A stretch of DNA of 64,000 bases, taken from assembly GCA_020891255.1 (NCBI GenBank), contig BQFW01000008.1:1736001-1800000 (forward strand), written 5' to 3'. Source of the DNA: Entomortierella parvispora E1425. Taxonomy: Eukaryota > Fungi > Mortierellomycota. Below are positions 25,218-38,156 of the stretch, piece by piece; the first letter of the stretch is position 1, and each line of letters starts with the position of its first letter. The position numbers and the translations under genes were made by a program. The notes under the pieces are model-generated. The model worked only from the letters and a program-made list of their open reading frames with translations. It was not told the origin of the DNA and ran no database searches.

Positions 25218-27482
25218 TCAATTTAATTTCTCGGTCTCTAAAGTGTATTGCTCGATTGCCTCGCTCAGCCCAGGTAGAGATGATGAGCGCTGGATATCGC
25301 AAATTCGGACCATAAACGGCGTAGTTGCGAACATCGAGGGAGTCGTACTTGGGTATATTGTGGTGCGAACTGCTGAGAACTATAAAAACGAAAATGCAAG
25401 ACGATTGAGTTAGACAAGGTCCTCATTCCATTCAGATTTCAGCACCCAATGGCGTCAGTTTTGTTACCATTGCTTGCCAGGGAATAGGGCCGCCTTGACT
25501 CATGTAGAGACCCAAGGCACAAATCAAATCTGCCATTACAACAGCATTCAAAGAGAGAACGGATCGAAAGCTCCCCAACTTCGCAGACAAAAGAGAATCG
25601 AAGCTTGTTCGAGACTCCTCGATTTCACAGTAGGCAGAGCTGATGATATACAGTTCCTTCAAGAAGCTTTGAACATGATATACAAGGCTTGCCCGGTATT
25701 GGTCTGTATCACATTCTAAAAAGAGCTCTGCTATGATGGCGGGGATGACTGACGGCTTTGTCTCTACCAATCGCGTGACCTCCAGCTCCTTAAAGTGTTT
25801 AGAAATCAGCAGCAACAAAAGATGCCGATGAGTCCAGCATGCAGCGCTGACAAGAAAGAGCAGCCTCCTTCTGAGGGTTAACTCCGTAGGTCCTTTTGAT
25901 TGAAGTATATATCGACGTCCAGCTTCTTGTAATTGTGTCAAAGTGGTGTCTCGACAGCTAATATCAGTTTTCGTTCCTGCCTTTCCAAGTAGACCTCTTG
26001 CTGTAGAAAGAACGTCCGTTATTAAATCGCCTCCGAAGGTCGCTACTGGGTTGCCTCCATAATCCTTCCCATTTTGCAGAGTCCATTTGACGAGTAGAGA
26101 GCATAGCCGAGAGAACCGCCAATCAGGGACTTCTGCTGCTATCTCTGTCAGACTTTGCAAGAATAGCTCCACAGGATAGCAACCCATGTCTAGTGACTCT
26201 GTCATCGCCACCAGGAAGCGTGAGCTCTCAGCGTGCTTTGTCAATGGATCCTCCATATTAAGCGACGAGAGATGTTGTTGACCTGCAAAAGTCTCAAGGG
26301 AACGTGTGATGCAGCGCACAATGACCTGTTGTCGAATCAGTGGTGATATAGTCCACAGTCTAGTTTGATATGATGAATAACAACAATAAGAATCTGGAGT
26401 ATCACTCTCTACAGAGTACAGCTTCATTATTTCGTACTTCATCAACCGTTTGTTATCAAGGCAATATGGAGCAGCCATGACGCAATCCTGCTGTTTCCTA
26501 ACGCTGTCGACAAACGTTGGATCGAGTACCTGGTCAAGAGAAGCATCGCGACTTTTTTTCGATCCCATTCTGGACAGACTGAATGCTAAATCAACCACTC
26601 CCGCCACCAAGGTTTGCGATCTGACATCGCCGACCAACGGTGAACACAATCCTGATAGCCCGAATGTCCAGCAGGGCTATATGTAAAATACATTCTTGAT
26701 CAGTATTTCAGCCTCCATAGGAATCAGTTTCATGACGACATTGAGATGCTTACCAAGGCCTTCCTGTGTGTCTGCTCTCGATCAGATTTGGCGAGTGCAT
26801 CTACAATTAACTGTAGTTTTCTTGCCAAAATTGAAAATAACTCGGTAAACTCCCGCTCCTTCATCTCCTCGGTAGAGACTAAAAAGAGATCTTCAAATGG
26901 ATCTAGCTTGCTTCCTGGATCCCTGTCTGTCATGAATATATCCTTTAAGCGAGCCGTGCACCAGGCTTCTGCTTTTGATTTCTGCTCTCGAACATGTTGT
27001 TTCTGCCATGATGTCCAGTCAGAATAATCCCGAGTTCCAGTTTGACAAGAATAGCCGACCACGGCTTGAATCAATAAACAATCGATGGCCTTTGAGCTCA
27101 AGACAACGGGATTCCTACATAGTCTGTAGAGGAGTGGCCCAAGAGTTGGATAGAGCTGGGAGGGCGGGCCACCGGCTCGCGTCCGGTCAATCGTGTCATG
27201 AGATTCACCCAGACTCCTTTGATGTTTTGTAATGCTTTCGCCCAGATGCTGCAAGTGGGGTTGAATTTGTTCCAGAAACGCTTGTAGGTCAGGTAAACAC
27301 GAAGTGATTGAAGCTGTGGCCGCGGCACGACTAGAGAATGTAGTAGATTAGGTCAATCAAATTACAGTGGCTTTACGAGCATCTTCCAGGAACAAGCATG
27401 AATAGCAGCATTACTCTTGCTTGGAGCATCGTTCTAAGAATGAAAGAAACTCCTTTGCTCGAGCTTCAATATCCTGATCCAT
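25218..27482 (-). CDS. 671-aa helical protein resembling Fanconi anaemia group C protein (FANCC), 4 exons (27482-27415, 27330-26754, 26676-25468, 25379-25218)
   Basis: GT-AG introns; exons total 2016 nt in one frame; several colinear blocks match remembered human FANCC ([18 protein letters not shown] vs [26 protein letters not shown] vs [19 protein letters not shown] vs EILQPEFFEAV). The gene is well supported; the identity is recalled, not searched. Confidence 0.72.
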
Positions 27483-29511
27483 TCCATGTGCGGCTGTTCG
27501 CGGCTGCGATGGCGAGGCGACTGCAGGTTGATTGTCTAGGGCGAGCAGAGGTTCAATGAGAGGTTTGGGAAGGAGCGTTTTTTATTTTTTTTTTGGTGGC
27601 AAATCGGAGTCGTGAGTGACTTCCAGGATCTCGCGTCGATTTTTTTTCCCAGTTGTCACAGCTTCTGACTGAAGACAAACTGCCCCCTTTGCGGTACCTT
27701 CCCTTGACTATTCCTGCGAAATTGCAGCAAGACTCAGACAGGTCATGTGTGAGTTGTCAATGGTGCACAAAAGAGATTCTTCATCGCTAGATAGTGGCCC
27801 AATCTTGTGTTCTCTGAAGCACTTTCTGAAGATGGTACATGCACTCTCTAAACCCGTGCCTAAGGAACAAACCAGGGTGGTTTCGAAAGATACAAACACA
27901 AACTGTCGCAGTGGACACCATTGTCTGACTTTCACATCCCTCCCATTCACTCACTTGGGTTGGGGGCAATATCCACGTCAGGGATGTTGCTATGCAAAAA
28001 GTGAAAAAACGAGAAAACGAAAATCGACGAAAGAGATGAAAGAGACGTAGACAGATATGTTGGACAGCAGCTTGCGAAAAGGGAATCTCTTATCCCAAGA
28101 AAGCGCTTGCTTTTTGCTAACCAGCCCGGCCGGGCGTTGCATTGTACACACACACAAAAATGCCCCAAAGGACAAGACTATCTAGGTTTTTACCCACCAG
28201 AGCTCAAAATACCTTATTTTGTTTGAGCCTCATCGGCAAACCTCAAAAAAGGATGACTATTGGCTCGCTGTCATTGCTGTCCTCATGCCCCTTGCAGAAG
28301 GTGGGACAGCTCACTGCTGGGAAGGATGTATGTACTGGGCTGGTTCGAGGGCGCAAAGCGAGCAACTGAGGCCTGAACCGCCACACCTTCATTGTCGCGT
28401 CTTGTTCCACAGTTTGATTCGAGTTCACAGTCATCGTTGTTGATGAGAATCTTCTCTTGCTCGCTGCTCTCTGCCTCTCTCAGGGTGTAAACAAACAGGG
28501 GAAGGGGGAAGTAAATCTGCCAGTGGGAGCATTGTGCGATAACAGTATGCAACGATCCTCTCTTTCATCCAATGTTGGCTTCTCTAGATAGCACTTTGGC
28601 CCTCATCCGCGATCTGGCCAGATAATCAATTTTATGTGGGAACCATCCCAGCCTTTGGTAGTTAAATTGTGGACGGGGGGTCATTGAAGGCGATACAGCC
28701 AAGGGCACACACTCATTTTCGAATTTTTGTTTTGTTATGTTGCTGCCCTCCTCACAGTTGCAGTGGGACTAAGGGAAGGTTGTGTTTGTGTGTGCAACAA
28801 AACTCGACCCTGTCCACTTTCCAGGGAATGGAAAGGAAAGTTAAAAGACAAAAACAGACCAGACGTAGGTTCGAAAGGACCTGGACGCCATCGGATGAAG
28901 TTGTTCACGCACAAATCACTGGCGATTTTGGGGGTCAACATATTATGAGCTGTCCGGTGACGGTGGAAGAGCCAAGTCGCGAAAGGAAATGAAAGGGTAA
29001 AAACAAGGCACAAATCTCTCGAACGAACCAGAGGCGGAGGGACTGTCGAGCGGAACAACGATGAATGAAGAGAAAAGAAAGGCTCTTGTTGTTGTTTTGT
29101 TGTTGTCTATCTGTCTGTCTGCTGTCTGTCACACACACACAAACACCCACGCCTTGTCCAATCCAACACCAATGCCTGAACTGTGCCTGAGTGAATGAGA
29201 GCAAAGAGCGAGTCTGGTTCTTTGCCATCGGTCTATGCCGTACTGTACGTTGGCTGGGTGCATTCGATTATTAGAGTGTCGAGTTCTCTTGTCCGTTCGC
29301 GGACATCCTCTTTCATTTTTTTTTGTCTCTCTTCACTCTGTCCTCCACCCTTTTTTCTTTTTGTTCTTCACTCTCGTGCCTTATCAATACCCCTGCATCC
29401 ACGGCGCTATTTCTTCTCCCTCGCCTGATCTACCCCTACTCTCTACCCTACTTCAGTTCTCCGCCAAGTACACCATCATCCCCTCAATTCACAAAACCCC
29501 ACAGCTATACC

Positions 29512-32500
29512 ATGTTCAACCCAGCCATGAAGTTTGGCATGCACTCTTCCGTCATATCCTCTTTCCCTTCTGTGGAATCTAGCTCAAGCAGCTCTATCAA
29601 GAGTGGCAAAAGCGGTAAAAGCGGAAGCACTGGCGACTCTTTCTCACACTATCACAGCAATTCCAGTATCAGCACCGTTCAGAGTAACGGAACGACAAAA
29701 ATGGGCAGCCCTCCTGGCTACAACAACCAAAATGCTCGAAACGGAAGTATATCCTCTATGCTTTCTGGTGGACCTCCCTCTCCTACGCAGCCGTTCGCCA
29801 ATGGCCACGGTTATCAAAGCAATGGCTACGGCGGCAAGTTTGGGGCAATGACTGCCTTGACAGAGGAGGATCCCCTTTCTCCACAATACTCGTACGAGCC
29901 CCAATCGTTTGCGGAGCTTGACGATTATCGACAGTGCTTGCAGTGGCTCCAACAGACCTGTCGTCCAGTCTTCATGAAAGAACTTGTTCAGCTCCAAAAT
30001 GTGCCCATCCCGATCACTGCTGCGAACGCAAAGGATGCGAGCCAGATTGGTGGCACACGGAATGTCCAGGTAGCGAGCTGGAAGCAATCTCAGGTCCAGA
30101 TCGTTTCCATTGACCGATGGGGATCACCCGAAGACGTTCTTGAAGAGGTAAGAAAAATAGATTGACTGGTCCCGTTATCTTGTTCCTTTTTGCATTTGGA
30201 AAAACGGACAAAAGAAAATGAGCCAGAAGGGAAGAAGAGGGGGGAGTAAGGGTGCCACATGGTTGTCTTCAGCGGAGTTCACCCTTTGCGCAGAAGACCA
30301 CCTCTCGCTGACATTGCAGGTGCTCCACACGAGCAACGCACCCACCATCCAGCTCATCATGGGCTTCCGTGCATCGTCATTCTTTTCACCGGACCTTTTT
30401 TTCGTTTTTTCTTGATACCTTTTTCATCGTAAGATTGAATGGAAAGCAAAAAAGGGCTTGGGCCCGGGCCCTGCCCTGTTGCGCTGCAAATGCACGCGCT
30501 CTTGGGGTGATGGTTTCTTGATCCGACTCCAACTCTCTTTGACTTTATGTTTATCCGTCCTCGACAACCTGTAGACACATGGGTTGCAGTGCTTTTTCTT
30601 TCCCATGGCGTTATTTGTGCATTTCTTTTCCATTACCCCTGATCTTCTATCACTTAAAGGAAAGGACGAGACGCATGAATGGGAGGCTAAGGGTGAGGGA
30701 GCGATAGAAGCGATCGGCTGTCTGGCCACCACAGTTCCAAACCACTTCAAGTAGTCACTCAATCGAGAGTTAACTACAGCTCGGTCCCTCGTCCGTTACC
30801 TTTGTTTTGTTGTGTCCACAGCCTTCATTCTCTTTTCATCTCATTTTCCTTCAACAACACTCACCAGCCTCGGCATTCTCGGATATTGCATTCATCTCAG
30901 CAATAACAATAACCCAAAAAAAAAAAAAAAAAAAGTTCTCACGCACACCAACGTTCACAACAACCTCATCTTGGAGACACAACATCAAACAGCACTGTCC
31001 ACACCGAACAGCTCTGTTCTTTGTCCATATCAACAAGTCGAGCCGTTCGCCCTGGATTGTTTCTGTGCCAATGGGCGTCTTCAGTTCCCTTCATTCTTCC
31101 CCTCGTACGAGAATTAGAGTGGAGACAGGGCGTGAAAACAAACATAAAAAAATTGAGGGCGAGGGCGTAGGCCAGATTAGTAGCGATGGAATGGCTGCTT
31201 ATCATCCATCGCCATCTCTTTCCTTCATGGGCAGACGACCAAGAGCATCTCGAACTTGTTGGGCGGTGAGGTGACACAGAGAGTGAGCGAGAGCAAACAA
31301 AAAAAAAGAATCAATTCAACGACCAAGACGGTTCTTTGTTCCCAAGCCCAACCAGAACACCCACGCAACAACGCACTCTGTTCAGCTCAAGCAAACTCTT
31401 GTTCCCTGCATTCACTACGCTCACTCTTCGAAGACTTTCCTAGTTTGTTCTTTGTCACAACCCTCCACTGTTCTCATCTTGGCTTCAACAAAGTCCTGCC
31501 ATTCCCCCTCCCCTCCAAAATTTCATTTTCTCTGGCACGAGGTGGCCATGACCCTCAATTCGTGTTGCCAAGAACAGCGCCAAAGAAGGGCACGCATTCT
31601 TCTGTGCAACGTTCATTCTTCGCTAGTCCATTTTTTAATGTTCTGTTGGAGCTTTGGTCGCTTCTCCTTGTTCTAGTCCCCCTGCATGTTTGTTGGCTCT
31701 CAGACGTTGCCCATTCCAGCGGCTCACCACTGCTCCCCTTCGCCCAGTGTCATTTCACTCCATTTCCTCGGAAGAAAAAACTAGATACTTATTCATTTTT
31801 ATCTTTTCATTTTAGATCCAAGCATTGCATAAGCTGCGAAAGTGCAGACAAATCATCCAGCTCTACGGTTACCTTCCCATCGCCAACCTTCCCTCAGGCC
31901 AACTCCCCGCGCTGCTGGTTCAGCAACCGAGCCTGGGTTCCCTTCGACAGTTTTTGGATCATCATTTCGATTCGATTCAATGGCCAGAACGTTACAAGTT
32001 GGCTCTGGATATGGCTCAGGGCCTTCGGTACTTGACCTCGCAAAACATCCCTTGTTCAATGCACTCTGGAAACATCTTGGTCGATGCAGAGGGTACGGCA
32101 ATCCTTACCGGATTTGGCACACCCGGGGGAATGGTGGCATCGGCGCCTTGCCAGATGACTGCTCAGCCATCCCCATCGGCTCTGTTGGTGTATATGGCAC
32201 CGGAACAGATCCAAGGCAAGTCTGGGTATTCTCCAGATTGGGAAGTCTACTCCTTGGGAATTTTGCTATGGGAACTTTCCTCGGGCCGAATTCCTTTTGA
32301 GGAGATCATTGCAAGAGCTGAGGCTGGACCTAGACTTGCCAAGAACATGGAGCAACTTTCGTCTGCGATCGCAAAGGGTCTCCGTGAGGAAACGATCCCT
32401 GGAACCCCAGAGATTTACGAACAACTGTTCAAGATGTGTTGGGAGACGGATGCAGAGTCAAGACCTCCTTTAGAGGTTGTGGAGGAGACTCTGCAAATGC

Positions 32501-33659
32501 TGGTCGTCGTCGAGCCTATGGACATGCTGATGCTTCCTGGTGAAGAGTCCAGCATGAACATTTCTACTACTGGTATGCATATATGTTTTCGAACAGTTCG
32601 AGTTTTTTATCGTTATAGTGGCTAACTTTGATCCTTTTTACTGTTCTTTTGTGTGTAGTCTCGGATAGCATTGATGGCGATTCTGTGAGTAGTCATACGG
32701 CCACTCGTCCCAACAGTGTCCGCTCTAATTCCCCAGGTCCCAACCCGGTCCGTAGCCATACCCGCCCCACAACACTCCATCAAGCAATCAGTGTCTCGAA
32801 TGCCGATATGACCGAATGGTTCATTCTCTCGGGTCATGATCTGAATGGCTATCAGATTGTGAGCACCTTCTCGCTCGAATGCGAAATCACGCCCATCCAA
32901 ACCTGTCTGGGACATTTCTTGCCCTCATCCCTCCCTATCCTGAAAGAGCTTCTGGAGCAGGACGTAGACACAAAGCTGTTGGCCAAGAGGTCCCTTCAAA
33001 ACTGTCTCCACATTCTTCTTGACCGATACATTCCTTTCAAGAACGACAATGGATCCGCCCATCTCTTTGCGGCCGTGGACATGCTTTTGGAGTTGAACGT
33101 GGAGGTGAACGCTCAAGACGTTCAAGGGTACACACCCTTGCATCTTTTGATGCGCAACCCAAAGATCTCGTCTGAGGATGTGACCGAGGTCCTGAAACGA
33201 CTCCTGGCCAAGGGTGCGGACACGTCTATCACGGTGCCTAGGGACGGCAACGTGTTGGCAGTAGCATCGAAGTACTTGCACTTTGAAGCGGCCAAGATGA
33301 TTTTGGCGACGGATGTCACAGCCTCTGATCCCGAGTCTATCGACAAGGCGATCGAGTCCTGTATGACAATGACAGGTCGGCCCACAGACAAGTTTGTCAA
33401 CCTAAGGGCCAAGACCCGCGAGCTCCTCAAGCTTTGGACAGGAACCGTGGGTACGCCAAGAAGGGAGCGATTGGTGATCAAGGTTTTGAATGAGGCCGGC
33501 ATGGTCGATGCGTCGGGTCTGAAAACCAAGGGCAAGGTGATCAAGATGGCGCCGCCACGCCAGCTGGAGGTGGCGTCGGCGTATTACGAGAATAATATCC
33601 GCAAGCAACGCGAGAAGATCTACGACGCTATCGCGTTCGGTGCCTACATGACACGGTAG
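29512..33659 (+). CDS. TKL-type pseudokinase with C-terminal ankyrin repeats, about 797 aa, 3 exons (29512-30147, 31816-32572, 32659-33659)
   Basis: Kinase C-lobe motifs (ERYKLALDMAQGLRYL, YMAPE, EVYSLGILLWELSSGRIPF, CW...RP); ankyrin motifs (NAQDVQGYTPLHLL, LLAKGAD); Ser-rich N-terminus. Confidence 0.85.
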
Positions 33660-34053
33660 AGCTGTCAGGCATATATACATACACTATACTCATGCAATAT
33701 GACTCCACAATTCATAACACTCTTCATGATAAAAGATAAGATTTTCGAAGATTTTCTGTATGGATCACGTGATGCATTTCGATCTGATAAGAATGCTGTT
33801 TGTTGGTGGCTTTGACAGTCGTCGCATGGCAAAGCCATAGAAGGGAAAAAAAAAAAAAAAAAAAAAAAGAAAGGCACCTGCGCTATCAAACCATTTTTTA
33901 AAAAAGTGTTCAAGAGGCGCTTTCTTGCTCTTCCTTTTCCCCTCTGCTCTGCGCACCATCCCATTGGACTCATCCCAATTGGATCCTTCCATTTTGCGAA
34001 TCCTTTCGTCGCTCTTTCTTCTCTCCTCCCCACTCTTGCTCTCATCCTTCCCA

Positions 34054-35200
34054 ATGGCCTTTGAAGACGTTACCGTTGCCAAGCCCAGCGCTGAAACTTA
34101 CAAGGCCCTCGAGGCTGACCTTTGCAACCTTTCTGGCAAGGTCCCTCTTCACGAGCGCTTCCGTGCTCTCTTCACCCTCAAGGCCCTCGCTGACAATGCC
34201 AGTGTTGACATTATTGGAAAGGGTAAGTGACTCTTGTGCATTTGTCCATTTTCAAAGACAAAATCTACAAATCTGGTTTCATTGTCCTCCATGGACCAGT
34301 CAGGCTAAGCAACCTTTTTTTTTGTTCCTTTTTCTTACCAGCTTTTGAGGACGAGTCTGCTCTCCTCAAGCACGAGTTGGCCTATGTCTTGGGTCAGATG
34401 AAGAACCCCCACGCTCACGGTGTCTTGTTGCGTGTTCTTGCCGCCAAGGAGGAGGACCCCATGGTTCGCCACGAGGCTGCTGAGGCCCTGGGTGCGATCG
34501 GTTCTTTGGACTCCTTGGTCATCTTGGAGGAGTACCTCAAGGATGAATCTGAGGTTGTTTCGCAGACCTGCGAGCTTGCTATTGAGAAAATCAAGTACGA
34601 CAACCGCAAGGAGAAGGAGGTCATTCCCCAGAGGTAAATAAGCATTCAACGCCAGATCACATCACGCACGTTGCCTCTATGTTGAACCCAGCTCACACCA
34701 GAAAAAAAAACTGGATTCTTTCCTCTTTTAGTGCCTACTCCTCCATCGACCCTGCGCCACCAACCACCGCGGAAGAGTCCACTGAGCAATTGAGAGAGAT
34801 CTACTTGAACCAGAAGCTCCCTCTTTTCGAGCGTTACCGTGCCATGTTTGCTCTCCGTAACCAGTGCACGACCGAGTCTGTCCTTGCCCTTGCGGATGGT
34901 TTCGATGACCCCTCTGCCTTGTTCAGACACGAGATCGCCTACGTCTTTGGTCAGATGCAGCACCCTGCGGCCGTTCCCTCGTTGGTTAAGGTCCTCTCCA
35001 AGTTGGATGAGGCCAACATGGTCCGTCACGAGGCTGCCGAGGCCTTGGGATCCATTGCCACCCCCGAGTGCTACCCTGTCTTGGAGCAGTTTCGCGATGA
35101 TAAGGAGCGCGTTGTCCGCGAGAGCTGCATTGTTGCTTTGGACATGTACGAGTACGAGAATAGCGAGCAACTTCAGTATGCTGATGGTCTCAACAAGTAG
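34054..35200 (+). CDS. LIA1: Deoxyhypusine hydroxylase, 3 exons
   Basis: HEAT-like repeats with four HE motifs: [47 protein letters not shown]. Confidence 0.95.
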
Positions 35201-35383
35201 AAGAAAGGATGGAATTGTATAATAGAGCAGAAAAAAATAAAACCAAATAAATATATCTTCACGTTTAGTCTGTGTCCTTGGACATTCCAGGGAAGTTGGG
35301 GCAGATCAGCTAGGTGCTCTTCATCTTTTCTCCCCCTTGAAGGACTCGTCCGTTCGAGCATACCCTCTTTCTTTCTTCTCGCC

Positions 35384-37440
35384 ATGCGGATCCGTCCTGC
35401 GATTGGGACCCTAATACTTACGTCGACTCTTGCGCTACTGCCCTTTGCCAATGCTCAATTGGATGAGAAAGATGGATGGCTCAACTTGACTGTCATCCAC
35501 ACAAATGATATCCATTCCCGAGTTGACCCTGCAATTACCTAGAAACCACTTGCACCGCCGAGGACATATCAATCGGGAACGGTTACGGAGGAGCTCCCAG
35601 GCTTAAAGCTCTGATTGAGCGTCTCCGAAAGGGCAAAGAACATTCGCTCCTTCTGGATGGTGGCGTTGAATTTCAGGTAAAAAAAAAGAAAAAAAAGAGG
35701 CAAAGGGTTTATCCCTAGACCATGACGGTGTTCAAGGAGCTTACCTTTGGTTTCTTCTACTCTTCACTCTGACATTGTTAGGGAACACTGTTTTACAGTT
35801 ACTTCAAAGGAAATGTCACGGCCCCAGTGATGAATGCACTTGGATACAATCTAACAACGATCGGTAATCATGAATGGGATAATGGACCGGATAACCTCTC
35901 AGATTTTAGGCCAAGCTCAAAATTACCCGTCATTTCCAAATGTCGATTTTTCAAAGAACCCAGCTCTTCCGAAGTTTGTCAAGCCATGTCATGTTTTTGA
36001 AGACTTAGGAGTCGGTATTATCGGATATATTACACCTGCAAGCCGTGGCTATTCTCTTTCATTCATACAGTCAAAAAAAACAAAACATGGGTGAATGGCG
36101 ATATCAATGGTCTCTAGACTGACTTGCATCCGCACTCTAGACAGCTGTAAATATGTCGCATTCAGGACCAGCCATCTCGCTCACAGATCCCATTCCAGCG
36201 GTTCAAAAGTATATCGATGAGTTGCAGTCCAGGGGTATTGAACGAATCCTAGCACTCTCTCACCACGGCTATAACGAAGACATGGATGTGGTGGCCCACA
36301 CCCGTGGCGTGGACCTCAGTGTTGGTGGACACTCACATTCGTATCTTGGGGATTCCTCCAATCCACTCTACCAGGATCCTTATCCAACAGTGGTTAATAT
36401 CTTAATGGAGACAATACTCCTATCGTACAGGTAATGCCAGACGTGCGTTTTATGTTCGCCTTTTAATTGCTGGCAATGACACGACGTTTTTTTGTTTGAC
36501 AATCAGTCATTCTGCTGGGTCGCTATATTAGCGATCTGGATATTGTGTTGAATCCAGAAGGAAAGGTTTTTCCTGGCAAGGAGGACCAGTGCTGGTTGAA
36601 GATTCTTTTCCAGGAGATCCTGAGCTTTTGAAGGAAGTTGATGGTTGGAGAAACGAATTTGAGGCCTGGTCCGATACCGCGTTGGGCGTGGCGTTGCCTC
36701 GGATGACTTTACATTAGACGGCTGCGGTTCTCGAGACTGTTACATGGGTAATCTAGTAGCCGATTCCATGCTGAATCACGTCTGAGGAATTGTTCAAAAG
36801 CGAAATGCAGCCGATCTGAATGAGGTCCAGAGCTTTAGAAATAAGAAAAAAAAAAAAGGAGGTGGAAGAGGCAGAGGAGGTAGAGCAGGCAGAAAAGGTA
36901 GAAGAAGAAGGGCTGTAGTTACCAAGACCTGTCCGACGACTCCTGTACCTTGGGTCGACTTTTCAATCATGAGTTCAGGAGGCCTTCGCGCCGGGATCGC
37001 GAAAGGAAATGTCACTGTCGGGGATATCACGACAACTTCTCCCTTCGGTGATCAGGTATGTAGTTCAGTTTAGCGTGTCAGGCCAAGAACTCCTCTTGAC
37101 TCTTGAAGATGTCGCGAGCCAATGCCACCGAGAGACGCAGGTGGAAGTGCTGTCATCTATCCAGCTCTAAGGCTTGCGGTTCGTGTGCGACTCGACCAAA
37201 GCAGGGAATAACACGTCAGGTGGACCTGTGCTACTGAAAGCAGAGGTTCAAGATGTGCACAAGAAGTGGCTAAAAAGTCGACCCTGAAAAGACGCACTCG
37301 GTCGTGTCGATCGAGTTTGTGGTTGGAGGGGGGGACAATATTCTCCAAAAATACGAGGGTGGCCGACCTGGAGGAGAGATTGCACACGGCAAGATAGATG
37401 AGGTGCTCATGGTGCGGTTCCGAAACGACGGTTGTTAGAG
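35384..37440 (+). pseudogene. Decayed secreted 5'-nucleotidase/apyrase (calcineurin-like metallophosphoesterase + 5'-NT C-terminal domain)
   Basis: Signal peptide, then LTVIHTNDIHSR, LLLDGG(V)EFQGT, IGNHEWDNG, LSHHG, GGHSHS, GNLVADSM, GGLRAGI...PFGD; several frameshifts (about 35533, 35900-35940, 36400, 36510-36580, 36700, 37273) and in-frame stops (TGA 36783, TAA 37168). Confidence 0.9.
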
Positions 37441-38156
37441 GCATTGTTTGCAAACAACACCCATGTCCAAATAAGAAGTGTCGCGCACTGTCCTCCCCTG
37501 GGAGAAATGATTGGCTGTGTTTCTGCTGGTGGCTGAGCCAGGTTCACAGGGCCGCTGCTGTGGCCCATTTTTTTTTTTTTTTTTTTTTTTTGTTTACCTT
37601 TTCCATATTTTGGCGGGAAAACCATGACATGATGGCTGCGAAGGGCAGAGTACCGAGGTGGACGGCGACAAAAAATCCTTCTTCAAGTAAGCAAGAACTG
37701 ATTATGACATGAAGTTGCAATGGCTGGAGTAGCAGTTCCACCTTGGCGGCGCACAGGGGCAAGCGATCGTGGCACCCGGTAAAAAACACAGCGGCTGGCG
37801 GCAGCGACTCGGGTGACTGGACCCCGTTCCAACCGATCAATCACATCGCAGCACTGCGCGGCGGGGTGAATCGCAGCCAGCCAGCAGGGTGCAGTTTTCT
37901 TTTTTGTGGGTCTTGCGCCCCTCGTCTGGTTGGTGTTTTTATTTTCTTTTCCCTTCTTTCCTCTTCTCTTTATTCTCTTCACAGCCTCCCCTCCTCCGTC
38001 CCGTCTGACCGTCAGTCTGTTTTAATCCTTCATCACCTTATCATCATCGCCTTTATGTCTCTTCTTCGCAACACTTAACGGTTCTATTCACCCCTATCTT
38101 CCCACCCCTTATTACTCTTATTACCTTTACTCGTTAATATATGCCCATCCGTCATC

